From contig NC_092673.1 in assembly GCF_964355755.1 (NCBI RefSeq), positions 20,333,648-20,397,647 of the forward strand: 64,000 nucleotides of DNA. The letters run 5' to 3'. The DNA comes from Antedon mediterranea. Taxonomy: Eukaryota; Animalia; Echinodermata. Every line of letters begins with the position of its first letter. Position 1 is the stretch's first letter. The notes beneath the pieces were generated by a model. It did no database searches and was not told the DNA's origin. It saw only the letters and a list, made by a program, of their open reading frames with translations. Shown here one piece after another: positions 1 to 12,276 of this stretch. The position numbers and the translations under genes are program-made.

Positions 1-201
1 AAAGGGTCCTGCGAAAACAGAAGTGTAAACTTCTCTATGCAGGATCCTTGCCATCATTTATGCTATGAAACTGTATTTATAAACGATGAGTAAATAAATG
101 TGAATTGAATTTGAATTTAAAATTGAATCAGGCCGAGGTTTAAAAAGGGGGCGTGTCCTGTATTGGAAGTGGAAGAGTTGACTTTAAAACTGTACAGTAC
201 T

Positions 202-378
202 AAGTCCTGTCTACAAAAGTTTAGCAAACATTATGTGACCAAAAAATGGTGATGTGCCTATACAGTATATAGACATGATGATGTCATATCACTACCATTT
301 TTGGGCATATCACCACCATATTTGGGCACACCACACTTTTATTTGTCAAACTAGTTTGATATTGCAGACAGAGCTTTA
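202..378. mobile_element. PIF/Harbinger-type MITE family A (TIR AGCTCTGTCTACACTATCAAACT); other copies at about 17569-17737, 45330-45450 and 63046-63180
   Basis: Inverted termini, TAA/TTA flanks and a shared core GGACATGATGATGTCATATCACTACCATATTTGGG in four dispersed copies. Confidence 0.7.
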
Positions 379-388
379 ATTGAATTAC

Positions 389-3300
389 CTCCATCCACTT
401 TGCTATCTGTGGTATATAGGTTTTATTCAGTAATCTTTGCATATCAAATATTGTTGTTACGATATCTGTATTGTCGTCATTTTCTTCAATAACAATATAA
501 TCTGTAATCAAATCAGAGGTAATACATAAATCAAACAATTACAGTAAAACTCTCAATGGAATCAGACAATTGTATATTATCCATAGAGATAATATTAAGC
601 TGAAGGCTAGAGGGAGTACTAGGTGAAGGAGGATCTTCTACAGAAGTTCTCTTTAAGATGGCCACCAGGCTTGATCAACAATTTTTTAACAGATTAATAA
701 TAATGATACCATTTTGTGAAGAAACATATAAAAAAAACAAGAAAAATATTTAGTTTAAATGTATATTTTTTTTTAATTAACTATTTCGAGAATGACAATG
801 GAAATAATATATTATAAAAACAAATGTTCACAATTTGTATTCGAGAATCATTTTAGAATACACTCGCGCAGTGATTATGCTTTCCCGGCTTAGCTCCCCA
901 CGCCCTAATTTGATTTGCAGCAGATTCATTACACTGCAGGTGTAAAAAATAAAAGTATAATAATATATAATAATAAAATGTTGTTTAGAAAGTATGTTGA
1001 GAATTAAAACTTACCTTGATTAACTTCAATACTAATATTAAAATTCCAAGATGCCAAGCCATGCTCTTGAAGTAAATTGCTAGTACTAGGCTCTTGACTT
1101 GAATTATTACTACTTTCACCTCCAACGGCGCCCTCGCTTCCATCTCCACCCTTGCTTGTTACAGAATTCTGTGATGAAGGAATTGAATTTGAATTGGAAT
1201 TCTCCAGTGAAGAACTTTCTTTTATACTGGTTTCATTGTGATCAAAGTAATCTGGTGAAGGTAGTAGTAATTGGAGACTGTTTTCTAATTCTGTTAGTGA
1301 TCGTAACATATCTGGTAACATATCTATATTCAAAACAAATTCAATAAGTATGCATCTTTATATATGTGTCTGCAACAGATTTACTGCATACTACTGTGTA
1401 TCAGTGGCATAACGGCTATGAGCCCCCTGAGCTGGACCAGAGGAAAAAACAGGCATTAAAATATGTCGAAAAAGTATCAGTGGCCTAATGGCTATGAGCC
1501 CTCACTGGCTAAACCCAGGGGCCCTGAGCAGGACCAGAGGAAAAAACAGGCATTAAAATATGTCGAAAAAGTATCAGTGGCGTAATGGCTATGAGCCCTC
1601 ACTGGCTAAACCCAGGGGCCCTCAAGCTTATGGGGGCCCTGAGCAGGACCAAAGGAAAAAACAGGCATTAAAATATGTCGAAAAAGTATCAGTGGCGTAA
1701 TGGCTATGAGCCCTCACTGGCTAAACCCAGGGGCCCTGAGCAGGACCAGAGGAAAAAACAGGCATTAAAATATGTCGAAAAAGTATCAGTGGCGTAATGG
1801 CTATGAGCCTTCACTGGCTAAACCCAGAGGCCCTGAGCAGGACCAGAGGAAAAAACAGGCATTAAAATATGTCGAAAAAGTATCAGTGGCGTAATGGCTA
1901 TGAGCCCTCACTGGCTAAACCCAGGGGCCCTCGAGCTTATGGGGGCCCTGAGCAGGACCAGAGGAAAAAACAGGCATTAACATTTTCAGAAAAAGTATCA
2001 GTGGTGTAACGGCTATCAAAATAAAAAAAGCCAGTGTTTGAGGGCCACTTTGGGTTCCTAAACCAAAGGCCTCAGGTCTCTGCGTTACACCACTGCCGAG
2101 TATTCTGTTGTTCTTCTTCATTCAATGTATTTACATATGTAGTGGAAATGAACAATAAATAACTTTTAACATGACTTCTCTCAGTTCAATCAGTTCGGGA
2201 AATGGATTTGGCCATTATTGGATTTATCGGTTTACATAGAGGACAGTCCTTCATAACATTAGCGTTGAATAAAAATGAAAACTAGAGAACTCTTGTATAA
2301 TTGTACTATATCACTAGAAGAATAACAAACAAATTTAAAACTTTTAACACTGAATGTGGGCCTTTCTTACCATTAATTTCATTAATGACTGTATTGACTT
2401 TTTCTTGTAATGCTATTTGTATCTTCTGTTTCCTTGCACTTTCTCTCTGCTGTTCAGCAAGAGTAGCAGCTTGTATGTTGTTAAAATCAATCTAAAAACA
2501 AAATCAAACAATAAAGTTGTTTTCTCTTTTTTTTAAACGATCAATAATTCAACACTCAACAACAATTGCATTGTATTATGTTCTATTTTGAAACGTAATT
2601 GTACAATAAAGATTTAATTTATAAAAACACTGCAGCCTAACACTTAATTTTTCTTATGGAATTTGATTTGTTTTAAAAATGGCCGAGTGGTTAAAGAAGG
2701 GGCTCCGTTTACTGTACTTAAACAACCAACAATATTGGCACAGGTTCGAGGCTGACTCGCTCCTACTTCTGGTGGTGCAACAAGTCTTAAAAATACTTTT
2801 GGAAACAATTTTAATACCCTTGAAATAATTGTTAGCAAAGATATTGGTTTTTGTTTAATCGTTTCACCATAAAACTGGAAAACATGGCCATACAGTAAAG
2901 ATAAAGATGCAAAACTGGCATTGTATAAATCGTTATAAATCTTCACATTATAGAAAATGACAACAATCATAACAACAGTAATCTCTGAGAGGTGTAAAAC
3001 TGTATTTTTATTAATAAAGTACTTTTATTTTTACCTTTTTGACATGTTTCAAATAGTTGTATCCCAGGACAAGTTTCTTATAGCTCTGTCCAAATTTGTC
3101 AAACCAATTCTGAACAGCTTTTAAAGTCTGTTCTTTCAGAAGATTAGCTGCAGCCTTTGGAGGTGGCAACGGCATATCAAGACTCATTTCTGATGTCAGT
3201 TCTAAAAATTCTTGGAATTCTGATACCAGTAATTCTCGGAAATGATGTGATTTAGAAAAGATTTCTTCAATTATTTGGAATGCTGATAAGCGTATTTCTG

Positions 3301-4416
3301 CATGATCCTTTCGAAGTTGTGTCATCACTAAATGAAATAACTGACTGACATATGCATCTGAAGATCTGAAAGAGGTCATATTGATTTAAAAAGGTCAACA
3401 GATTAATTAAATAGCTTTATTACAGTATGTGCAATTTAAGGCATGGAATCAGATAGAAGGGAACAGGGGTTTGGTCAATATGTTTGACTATGTTTCAAAT
3501 TGTGCATATTATCATTTTACAGTACAGTACTTTTTTGAATTTTATATATATTTTATATTTATTTTAACAATGATTATGATGGTGGTCTATTGAACCAAAG
3601 CTGGTCATTAGGGACCCTCTCAGAACAGTATAGTTTGAAAAACAAATTAATATATAAATTTAGGTAATTCATGAACTTACAAAATTCTTGGTACCTACAG
3701 TATATCTCTCTGTAAAGTACAGGTATTCGCACATTCTTAATTCAAATAATTTATATATTACAGTCTTTTTTAATATATAGTACCTGCATATATTCTTGAT
3801 CTCTTTTAATTTTACTTTATCTAAGGATGTTTGACCAGATGTTGTCAAATGTTCTACCGCTTCTGCCAGCTGAGCACAAAGGACGTGATCTACTTTGGCC
3901 TGAAAAACAAAACACATCTTTTGATAAATTTTGTAATCTTTTTAAGAGAAAGTAAAGAAAATTATAGCCTTGCCTTGCTTGTATGTATTGTAACATTCAT
4001 TGGCTGGTACGGTAGGATGAATTATTCATCATCATAATAAAAATGCGATAAAAATAACCTAATAATAATAAATACACAACAAACACAAAATACAAAAAAG
4101 GTAAATTATCACACTTGTAGACGGAGCCTAGCTATACTGTATAAAGCAATAGCCATGATGTTCCGCCGCTAGGCACCACACTCGCTACTGCAACTCGTTA
4201 CCGGCCTCGGATTCTACCGGGAGAAATAGGCATACAACCCAATCATTCATTCATTTTTGTGTCTCCATCTCGCTCATGCTCTGCCTAACTTCTAAGGCTA
4301 AATTAATGGTGAATAACAATACATTCTGGTTTCTATCATAGGGCATAATTGTAAGAAGATTATTATATAAAGTTTGGATCCTAAATTTCAATTATTGTTT
4401 AGTAACTTACCGTCAT
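389..4416 (-). CDS. UVSSA: UV-stimulated scaffold protein A, 5' part (gene continues past the window start). Coding exons 4411-4416 (tentative), 3784-3899, 3035-3365, 2371-2491, 1015-1323, 389-501
   Basis: The spliced translation MTAKVDHVLCAQLAEAVEHLTTSGQTSLDKVKLKEIKNICRSSDAYVSQLFHLVMTQLRKDHAEIRLSAFQIIEEIFSKSHHFRELLVSEFQEFLELT...PLPPPKAAA...KFGQSYKKLVLGYNYLKHVKKIDF matches the UVSSA N-terminal VHS-like domain as I recall it (LTTSG, HAEIRLSAFQI, FQEFLELT, PLPPP). All introns are GT-AG with consistent phases. Confidence 0.95.
1402..2095 (+). mobile_element. hAT-like non-autonomous element with an internal ~97-114 bp minisatellite (about 6 units), in a UVSSA intron
   Basis: TIR CAGTGGCATAAC...GTTACACCACTG. 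The 8-bp flanks CTGTGTAT and CCGAGTAT match at 6 of 8 positions. The tandem unit is AGGCATTAAAATATGTCGAAAAAGTATCAGTGGCGTAATGGCTATGAGCCC... Confidence 0.65.
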
Positions 4417-4509
4417 AATGCTATATTGAAATTTATAAACAAAACCAACTCCTCAGCAAAATTATTGTTTTGATGTTATGCAATCGTATAAAGCGCCCTC
4501 TATAATTTC

Positions 4510-4910
4510 CAAAACAGATGCAAACAATAGATTTTGTAAAGGTGGTGTTATTGAAGATGAGATCTATTTCATGCTATATTGCCCCATTTATGATGACATC
4601 AGAACGACATTATTCTCGGATCTACATTTTAATCTAAACTTAAAAAATATGTCACAAAATGATAAGTTTATATTTATTATGGGTGCAAATGATCCCGATA
4701 TCATCAAGCCAGTGATGAAGTATGTATGTTCGGCGTTTGAAAAGCGCTCGACTAGGCCTCCACCAGATACTGAGCGACCTTATGCAACATACATGCTCAT
4801 TGAATGCTTTTATTATTGCTTTTTCTTTTATATCTATGATCATTTTTGTAAATGTTGTTGCTTAATCATACCTTGATGTTAGGGTGAATGTTAATAAATT
4901 TGAATTCGTA
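4510..4910 (+). mobile_element. 3'-terminal fragment of a non-LTR retrotransposon ORF2 (degenerate CCHC knuckle) with its 3' UTR
   Basis: FCKGGVIEDEIYFMLYCPIYDDIR resembles the C-terminal CxxC..EDExHFLLxCPxY..R motif of LINE ORF2. It is followed by AATAAA and a TTGAA-type tail. Confidence 0.6.
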
Positions 4911-6078
4911 TAATGTTTAAATTTGTTTTCTGTACTATATAGTATATAACATCTCCCTGATATAACTGAGAAACACTTTTTAATAAATAGGAAACACATT
5001 TTAATGATAGCGCCGCCCTTTTGTCAGATAAAGTAGAAGTTCAGATTAGGCCTACTTAATCAACATTTATTACGTTTTTGTCTTAACGACATCGTCAATT
5101 AAAATTTATCCTCCAATCATCATTATCAACGTCATTTGGTAATTTTTTTACCTGTTTTCGTCTAACGTTTTCCAGTGGAACTACAAAATAATGACATTAA
5201 ACATAATATTTTGACAAATAACATTTTCCATATTCAAAGTTTATTTAAGCTCAAGATTTCAACAGCTTTTTCTAATCAATTATATCCACCCACTTATCAC
5301 ACCATAATTTAACGGTTTTATATTCATTAAAGCCTATACGGTGAATTACTATCTGAAAAAAATTATCATGTATAGGCGCAGCCTTAGAACTAGAATCATC
5401 TATTTGGTACCGTCGAGTCTTCACTAGTTAGGTAGGTGTAATTGGTGGTTGTGACTCAGCTCGTGATATTGGTGCCTAAGAGACGTTATATGTACACAGT
5501 GAATAAGTGTGAACCAAAACTCAACTCTATACCTGTACGGACGAATAGGGGTCTAAGTATTACGTATACTGATCCACAGTTCTCTCTTTCGTCACGTATT
5601 CCAGTTTATTTGTAAGTTAGAAATATTCCTTATTATTTGAAACTTGCTAAAGTTCTTTAGATTTAAACATAAAATGTATAAATGATGATCAAACTTCAAT
5701 ATCCAATCCAGGATATAATTATTGATTAAAATCTAAGAAAGCATAAATTGAATTGCAAAAGAACATAATAATGATAAAAAAACAAATAAGACTGATTACA
5801 ACTTGTTATAGACACGTTGTAATGTGTCTTTTTCTTTAAAACATTGTAATGCGTCGACACGTTAAAAATGCATATTTATGCACGTTAACGCAATAACATG
5901 CGTATCACGTCAATTACCTCATTTGAAAGCGTTACATAGGACTAAAGAACAAAAGTTTCACGAACGGACTACGAAATTTATTATTTATAAAATAAACATT
6001 TGCATGGTTTTTTTATATTCGATTATTTACAACATAATTTATTTTTACAAATGGTTCTAATAATAATATTTCTTGTTT

Positions 6079-8554
6079 TTAGTTTAGTTGCCATTTTTTG
6101 AAGTCTGTTCTTGGTGATGGTTGCTCTTCTTCTTCTTCTTGGATTTGCGCTAACCGGGCTAACAACACTTCTGAGTAGGCCTTTACATCTTCCAATACCA
6201 GACGAAGATCAGTGATAATCTTTGAAGAAAAAAGGAAAAAAACATATTATTGTTTTTAAAAAACAATGAAATGGATTGGTAATGGTTTGGTTTGGAACGA
6301 GTGAGTGGCCGAGCGGTTAAGACAGTGGAACCGTAATATGTAGCCATAACATGGAAAGGGTGTTCGATGCTCACTCGCTCTATGGTTCTGGGGATAGAAG
6401 AGTCTTCTTGGATAAGGACTATAAACCGTAGGTTCATGTGCACTTTAAAGAAATCTAGTACATCTTTCGAGACGAGTAGGGGGTTACCCCTGGTAGTTCA
6501 GACATAGCCACTGTCACAAACTCATCACATTTTCACACTGGGCCCTCTAAGAGAACAGTCTTAGACTGAAGAGGCTACACCCAGTATAAAGAATAATAAA
6601 AATAATAGTAACCAGTAAGGAACAAGATGATAGCCTCAACCGAGTGATAATGAGAAAGGATAGAAGCAAGTTGATTAAAAAGTTACAATTGTAAAAATGT
6701 CATACAGTAGGAATGACGCTTTTATACTGTATTGAAGTTAAGGAATGGGGCTTCACATAAGTTTGATGGGTATAATGCGTCATTTTTATATGGGTATTAC
6801 GTCATCTTTATGGGTGGTTTACGTCATTCAGTGATTGATATACCTCACTATATTCTTTTAAACTATTTTTTCTTTTCCGTTAGCAATATACTAAATAATT
6901 TATCAAAGCATATAAAATGTATATTAAGAATAACAAGATTACTGTCCAAACCTAATACATTATCTGCAACAATGAGTTTTAGACATTTGCGATAATTTAG
7001 AGAATTTAGTTATAACTTGAGCCCAAATCATAACAATAATATTATTCAGTTTTAAAGAAAATATAAGAACAAAATAATGAGTGCTAGTTTGAGAGTTGAG
7101 ATAAAAGAACGATCAATTGCATTGTGTTGGAAGAGAGATTCACTGTTTACTTGATTGTTTGGCCGTTAGCAAATCAATGAATCACGATACATGTAAGTCT
7201 TAATTGACATTTATATCTAAAACGATGTATATTAAAGCTTTGAGAGTCAACAACATGTAACATGCAGTGTGAAAAGGGTTTTGAAAACCATCCCACAGAA
7301 GAAACAAAAACTGCCATTTTAAAATTGTTTTCGTTTGTGTAAACATAGTGAATTAAAGATGTATTGTTCCACAAAAACATGAAAAATGATGATTAATAAA
7401 ATCAGATTTTGAATAGGCCATTTTTATATTTTAATAAAGTTAATGGTCAAAGTGACTTGACTATATAGAACATCAAAATGTGACCCACATTCCTATAAAA
7501 ACTTTTAGGCCGTGAATTAGTGGAGCTGTAACTTGGTGGTTAACGTGCTTGCTTTCCAATATCAAGGTCCAGGGTTCAATCCTTCCAGGGTTGTAACTCA
7601 CGACTCTTTCAACTCCACTAACTAACCCTCAAATTAATCTTAGTTTATAAGCACGATAAATTATTTAAAAGTTTATCTATCTTGTAATTGGCTAGTTACT
7701 CGTTGTTGGATGCGTATCAAGTAAAGAAGAACTTTTATTTCAGACAATTGTCCATATGGTATAATACATTACACAAAAAAAAGATGAAGGAGAGAGGACC
7801 AAAACTTTTATCTATTGGTATATAATGCCACTTTCCATTTTGTAATACATGTTTGAATCCATCAACAAATATTTATACATACAAATTAACATTCTGTTTT
7901 CGTTTTTCATTATTCTTGTAAGAAATCGGTAAGTCGAAATCCTCAAATATTCATAAAATGATGGAATATTGTTTTCCACGAACAAATTCCTCGCACTAAC
8001 AAATCTGGGTTGTCCCAACAACCGCCGGAAAGCATCATTATAACAAACTTTAAGTCATTTGATATCTTTTTTTAAATGATTAGACCATAAAGGAGAACAG
8101 CACATGTTAATACAATATGATCTGAACAAAAAACATTTGATTGATTTGGAGCAGTATGGAAATTTCCTACATAAAACATTACCTCTAATACATAGAGATC
8201 TATATTGGCCACCAGTCAGGGGGAAATATTATATTCTATGAGTTTTATCAGACAGTCTATATTGTTTTAACAACTCTCTTGTAACATGACCACAGTGCTT
8301 ATATATATTTTCCCCTAACTGCCACTATATGATTTCCCTTCTACACATTGGTCCTTGAAAAGCAATATTTTTACCTGTGAATCAGTATGTTTGTCATTTC
8401 CGTTATAATCTGTGAAAAATGCTCTTTTACCACCGGCTCCATACATGCGGTATCGACCCTTTGCCCCTATCGTTGACGAACTATACACTGATGAAACCAA
8501 GTACAAGAATATACAGAATGTCGTTATTGTAGCCTGCCTTCCAAAATACGTCAT
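6079..8554 (-). CDS. Corazonin-type (GnRH/corazonin superfamily) neuropeptide precursor, 106 aa. Coding exons 8375-8554 and 6079-6219
   Basis: The hydrophobic signal peptide MTYFGRQATITTFCIFLYLVSSVYS is followed directly by SSTIGAKGRYRMYGAG and then G-KR (amidation plus dibasic cleavage). A phase-0 donor CAG|GTAAAA at 8375 joins an acceptor TTCAAAG| at 6219, giving IITDLRLVLEDVKAYSEVLLARLAQIQEEEEEQPSPRTDFKKWQLN*. This resembles remembered echinoderm corazonin peptides (HNTFSFKGRSRYFPa, HNTFTMGGQNRWKAGa) and their C-terminal helix. Confidence 0.8.
6296..6608 (+). mobile_element. tRNA-derived SINE with a Deu/Nin-type central domain
   Basis: A box TGGCCGAGCGG and B box GTTCGATGC, a core GGATAAGGACTATAAACCGTAGG...TTAAAGAA...GAGTAGGGGTTACCCC like the DeuSINE domain, and an A-rich tail. 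A second copy is at 39415-39652. Confidence 0.8.
7518..7725 (+). mobile_element. tRNA-derived SINE, second family (another copy at 45058-45272)
   Basis: tRNA-like head TTGGTGGTTAA...GGGTTCAATCC followed by a body shared between the two dispersed copies. Confidence 0.7.
7735..8210 (-). mobile_element. Decayed 3' fragment of a non-LTR retrotransposon ORF2
   Basis: The minus strand reads RSLCIRGNVLCRKF..CS..IKCFLFRSYC..LWS...YNDAFRRLLGQPRFVSARNLFV, a typical post-RT LINE region. It is disrupted and followed by AATAAA. Confidence 0.65.
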
Positions 8555-9080
8555 CTTTGAGTTACTGATATTCTTTGGTGATTTCTGTTTGTCTAATGTT
8601 ATAGAAAATAAAACGTTGTTAGAACACGTGTAAATAGATTAAAGGCAGTTTGGGCAACCTCCGTATACGTATACGTATGGGTAAAATTCTCGTAGGAGAC
8701 CTATACGTCATACATTCTGTAGCGTGACATACTTTATCGTACGTGATACCGATTTTCAATGCGTTTCGACGTGCGAATTTCATTTCACACATTTAAGATT
8801 TTGTCGTTAGAAATTAAGTTGTAAACGTGGCACAGATCACATTATACCAGCAAAACTTAAACATAAATTATTAAAGAAAATTCAGACAGAGTTTACGTTT
8901 CAAGAACACGACAAAGAGTGAAACATGTTGGTTGGGTCTAGCACATTGCTAGAGAGGCCTAACACCTCTAATAGCCCTCCGAAGCGGTACGTAAAATAAT
9001 TTTGTCTAAATGAAAAAAGCTATAAATTCAAACGTGTCCGTACAGTACATGTTGTGATACGGATACGTATGCGCGTATAC

Positions 9081-12000
9081 TAGGCTAGTCAATCTAGCAT
9101 TTTGAGTGAAACAAATTGCAAACAGAGATTTTTTTTTTTAATGGTTATACATATGATAAGGTGATTATTTTTTGAGCATCACACCTCTGACACTCATCCC
9201 GAAGGTATGCAAATTAGCTTAAATATGCAAATTAGGGTGAAATTACAGGGTTACCATATCTTAAAAACTACTAATCGTAGAGAGTTCATTTTTGCACAGT
9301 CTGGTTCAGAATATATATATATTTATATTTGCTCTAATGAGACATTTTACATAAAAATGTCCGGAAGTACCAAATTTTGACCCTTGACCCCATTTCTCAA
9401 TATTTACATAAATATGTGATTAAAATGTCTGTAGAGACTTTAGTTTGGACTCAATGACTTGGATATTGTTTTTCAATACCCACCATAGAACTGTATTATA
9501 ATTCCTAAAATCACAATTTCGTCACGCACCTCAAAAGTATGCAAATTAGTAGTACAAGTAATATTAAATATGCAAATTAGGGAGTGAAATTACAGCGTTG
9601 CCATATCTCGAAAACCGCTAATGCTAGAGTGTTGATTTTTTCACTAAAATATTTAAAATGTATATATTTATATTTGCTGTAATGAGACATTTTACAAAAA
9701 AATGCCCTGAACTATGACATTTGACCCTCGACCCCATTTCTCAATATTGCATATATAATGAAAACTAAAATGTCTGTAGAGACTTTGTTTTGCCCTCAAA
9801 TGACTCGGATACAGGTTTCTAATAGCCAACATAGGAATGTTTAGTAAATCTCAAAATCACACCTGTATCACTCACCTTCAAAGTATGCAAATTATTAGTA
9901 AAAGTTACATGAAATATGCAAATTAGGGGGTGAAATTACAGGTTCCTATATGTATCGAAAACCGCTAAGGTAGAGAGTTGATTTTTTTTACAAACTTGTT
10001 CAGAATGTACATATTTATATTTGCTCTAATGAAACATTTTACGAAAATATGACCGGAAATACAACAATTGACCCTTGACCCTATTTATCAATGTTTGCAT
10101 ACATAATGCGACTAAAATGTCTGTAGATAATTTTGTTGGACTCAAATGACTCGGATACAGTTTTCCTATCGTCAGCATAGGACCTCTTTGTAATTCCCAA
10201 AATCACATCTTTGTCACATACCTTGAAAGTATGAGTAGTAGAAATTATTAGTACAAGTTACATGAAATATGCGAATTAGGGGTGAAATTACAGTCTTCCC
10301 ATATCTCGAAAACCATTAATGCCAGAGAGTTGATTTGAATTCAGAGTTGATTCAGAATGTACATATTTATATTCGCTGTAATGAAACATTTTACGCAAAA
10401 ATTGTCTTGATTGAATTATGACATATGAAAGTTGCCATATCTCTATCGGTCATTAGCGTTTTTCGAGATAAATAAGGCTGTAATTTGCATATTTCATATA
10501 ACTTGTACTAATAATTTGCATACTTTCGAGTTACTTGACTTTTGGAATTACTAAACGATCCTATACTGGCTATATAAAACCTGTATCCAAGTCATTTGAG
10601 GCCAAAACAAAGTCTGTACATACATTTTAGTTGCATTATATTCAAATATTGAGAAATAGGTTCGAGGGTCAAATGTCATACTTTCGATAATTTTTTTTTC
10701 AATAATGACCTAGATACAGGTTTTCTATAGCCAGCATAGAACTGTTTAGTAATTCTCAAAATCCCACCTCTGTTACTTCGCTTGAAAGTATGTAAATCAG
10801 TAGTACAAGAAAGTTGCCATATCTCTCTCTCTCGGTCATTAGCGTTTTCGAGATACATAAGGCAATTCACTGTAATTTGCATATTTCATATAGCTTGTAC
10901 TACTAATTTGCATACTTTCGAGGTGCTTGACTTATACTGGCTATATAAAACCTGTATCCGAGTCATTTGAGGCCAAAACAAAGTCTGTACATACATTTTA
11001 GTTGCATTATATGCAAATATTGAGAAATAATAATAATAATATCCTGGATTTATATAGCGCCTAATGTTGTGAAACCTCTAAGCGCTGTACATAAACTAAT
11101 ACGAAAAAGGGGAATTAATTCCAACCATGCCAAAACGAAGGCGTGATTTTGGGAATTACAAAGCGGTCCTATGCTGACTATAGGAAACATGTATCCGAGT
11201 TATTTGAGTCCAAAACAAAGTCTCTACAGACATTTTAGTCGCATTATGTATGCAAACATTGATAAATGGGGTCGAGGGTCAATTGTTGTATTTCCGGTCA
11301 TTTTTTCGTAAAATGTTTCATTAAAGTAAACATAAATATGTACATTCTGAACAAGTTATTGAAAAAATCAACTCTCTAGCCTTAGTGGTTTTCGATATAT
11401 AGGAACCTTTAATTTCACCCTCTAATTTGCATATTTCATGTAACTTGTACTAATAATTTGCATACCTTGGAGGTGAGTGATACAGGTGTGATTTTGAGAT
11501 CTACTAAACAGTCCTATGTTGGCTATTAGAAACCTGTATTGGAGTCATTTGAGGGCAAAACAAAGTCTCTACAGACATTTTAGTTTCATTTATATATGCA
11601 ATATTGAGAAATGGGGTCGAGGGTCAAATGTCATACTTCCGGTCAATTTTGTGTAAAATGTTTCATTGGAGCAAATAGAAATATGTACATTTTGAATACG
11701 GCTGTGAAAAAATCAGCTCTCTAGCACTAGTGGTTTTCGAGATATAGGACAACTGTAATTTTTTCCCCTTATTTGCATATTTTATTTAAATTGTACTACT
11801 AATTTGCATATTTTCGAGGTGTGTGACAAAGGTGTGATTTTGCGAATTACAAAGTGATCCTATGCTGGCTATTAGAAACCTATGTCTGGGTCATTTGAGG
11901 GCACAATAAAGTCTCTACAGACATTTTAGTCACATTGTATATGCAAACATTGAGAAATGGGGTCGAAGGTCAAATGTTGTACTTCCGGTCATTTTTTCGT

Positions 12001-12276
12001 AAAATGTTTCATTAGAGTAAATATAAATATATACATTTTGAATAGATCAGTGAAAAAATCAACTCTCTCGGACTAGTAGTTTTTGAGATATGGTAACCCT
12101 GTAATTTCACCCTAATTTGCATATTTAAGCTAATTTGCATATCATCGGGATGAGTGACAGAGGTGTGATACTCAAATTTTGATCTCCTCATCATATATGA
12201 CCATTTAAAAAAGAAAAATCTCTGTTTGCAATTTGTTTCACTTTGGGCTGTTTTTTTTGCTAGATTGACTAGCCTA
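9081..12276. mobile_element. Non-autonomous Academ-type foldback element made of inverted arrays of a ~350-bp unit
   Basis: Termini TAGGCTAGTCAATCTAGCA...TGCTAGATTGACTAGCCTA with a perfect 3-bp TSD TAC (9078-9080, 12277-12279). Units repeat at about 9221, 9566, 9912 and 10265, then invert from about 10430. Confidence 0.85.
11026..11095 (-). mobile_element. L2-type LINE/SINE 3' tail inserted in the Academ element (same tail on the plus strand at about 63615-63680)
   Basis: CAGCGCTTAGAGGTTT(C)ACAACATTAGGCGCTATATAAAT followed by an (ATT)n tail, in two copies. Confidence 0.65.

Noticed and set aside
2644-2970. 108-aa minus-strand ORF in a UVSSA intron
   Set aside because: It has no recognisable motif, and the flanking UVSSA exons join in frame without it.
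5085-5941. Possible extra minus-strand exons (5918-5941 SYVTLSNE; ~5095-5179 PLENVRRKQ...WRINFN*) suggesting a second peptide gene or alternative 3' exons
   Set aside because: The splice sites are plausible, but the phases do not join, there is no start exon and I recognise no homology. RNA-seq would be needed.
6296-6380. Possible tRNA genes (also at 7520, 41410 and 45060)
   Set aside because: A and B boxes are present, but there is no full cloverleaf or T-run terminator. Where a body can be followed it is a shared SINE body.
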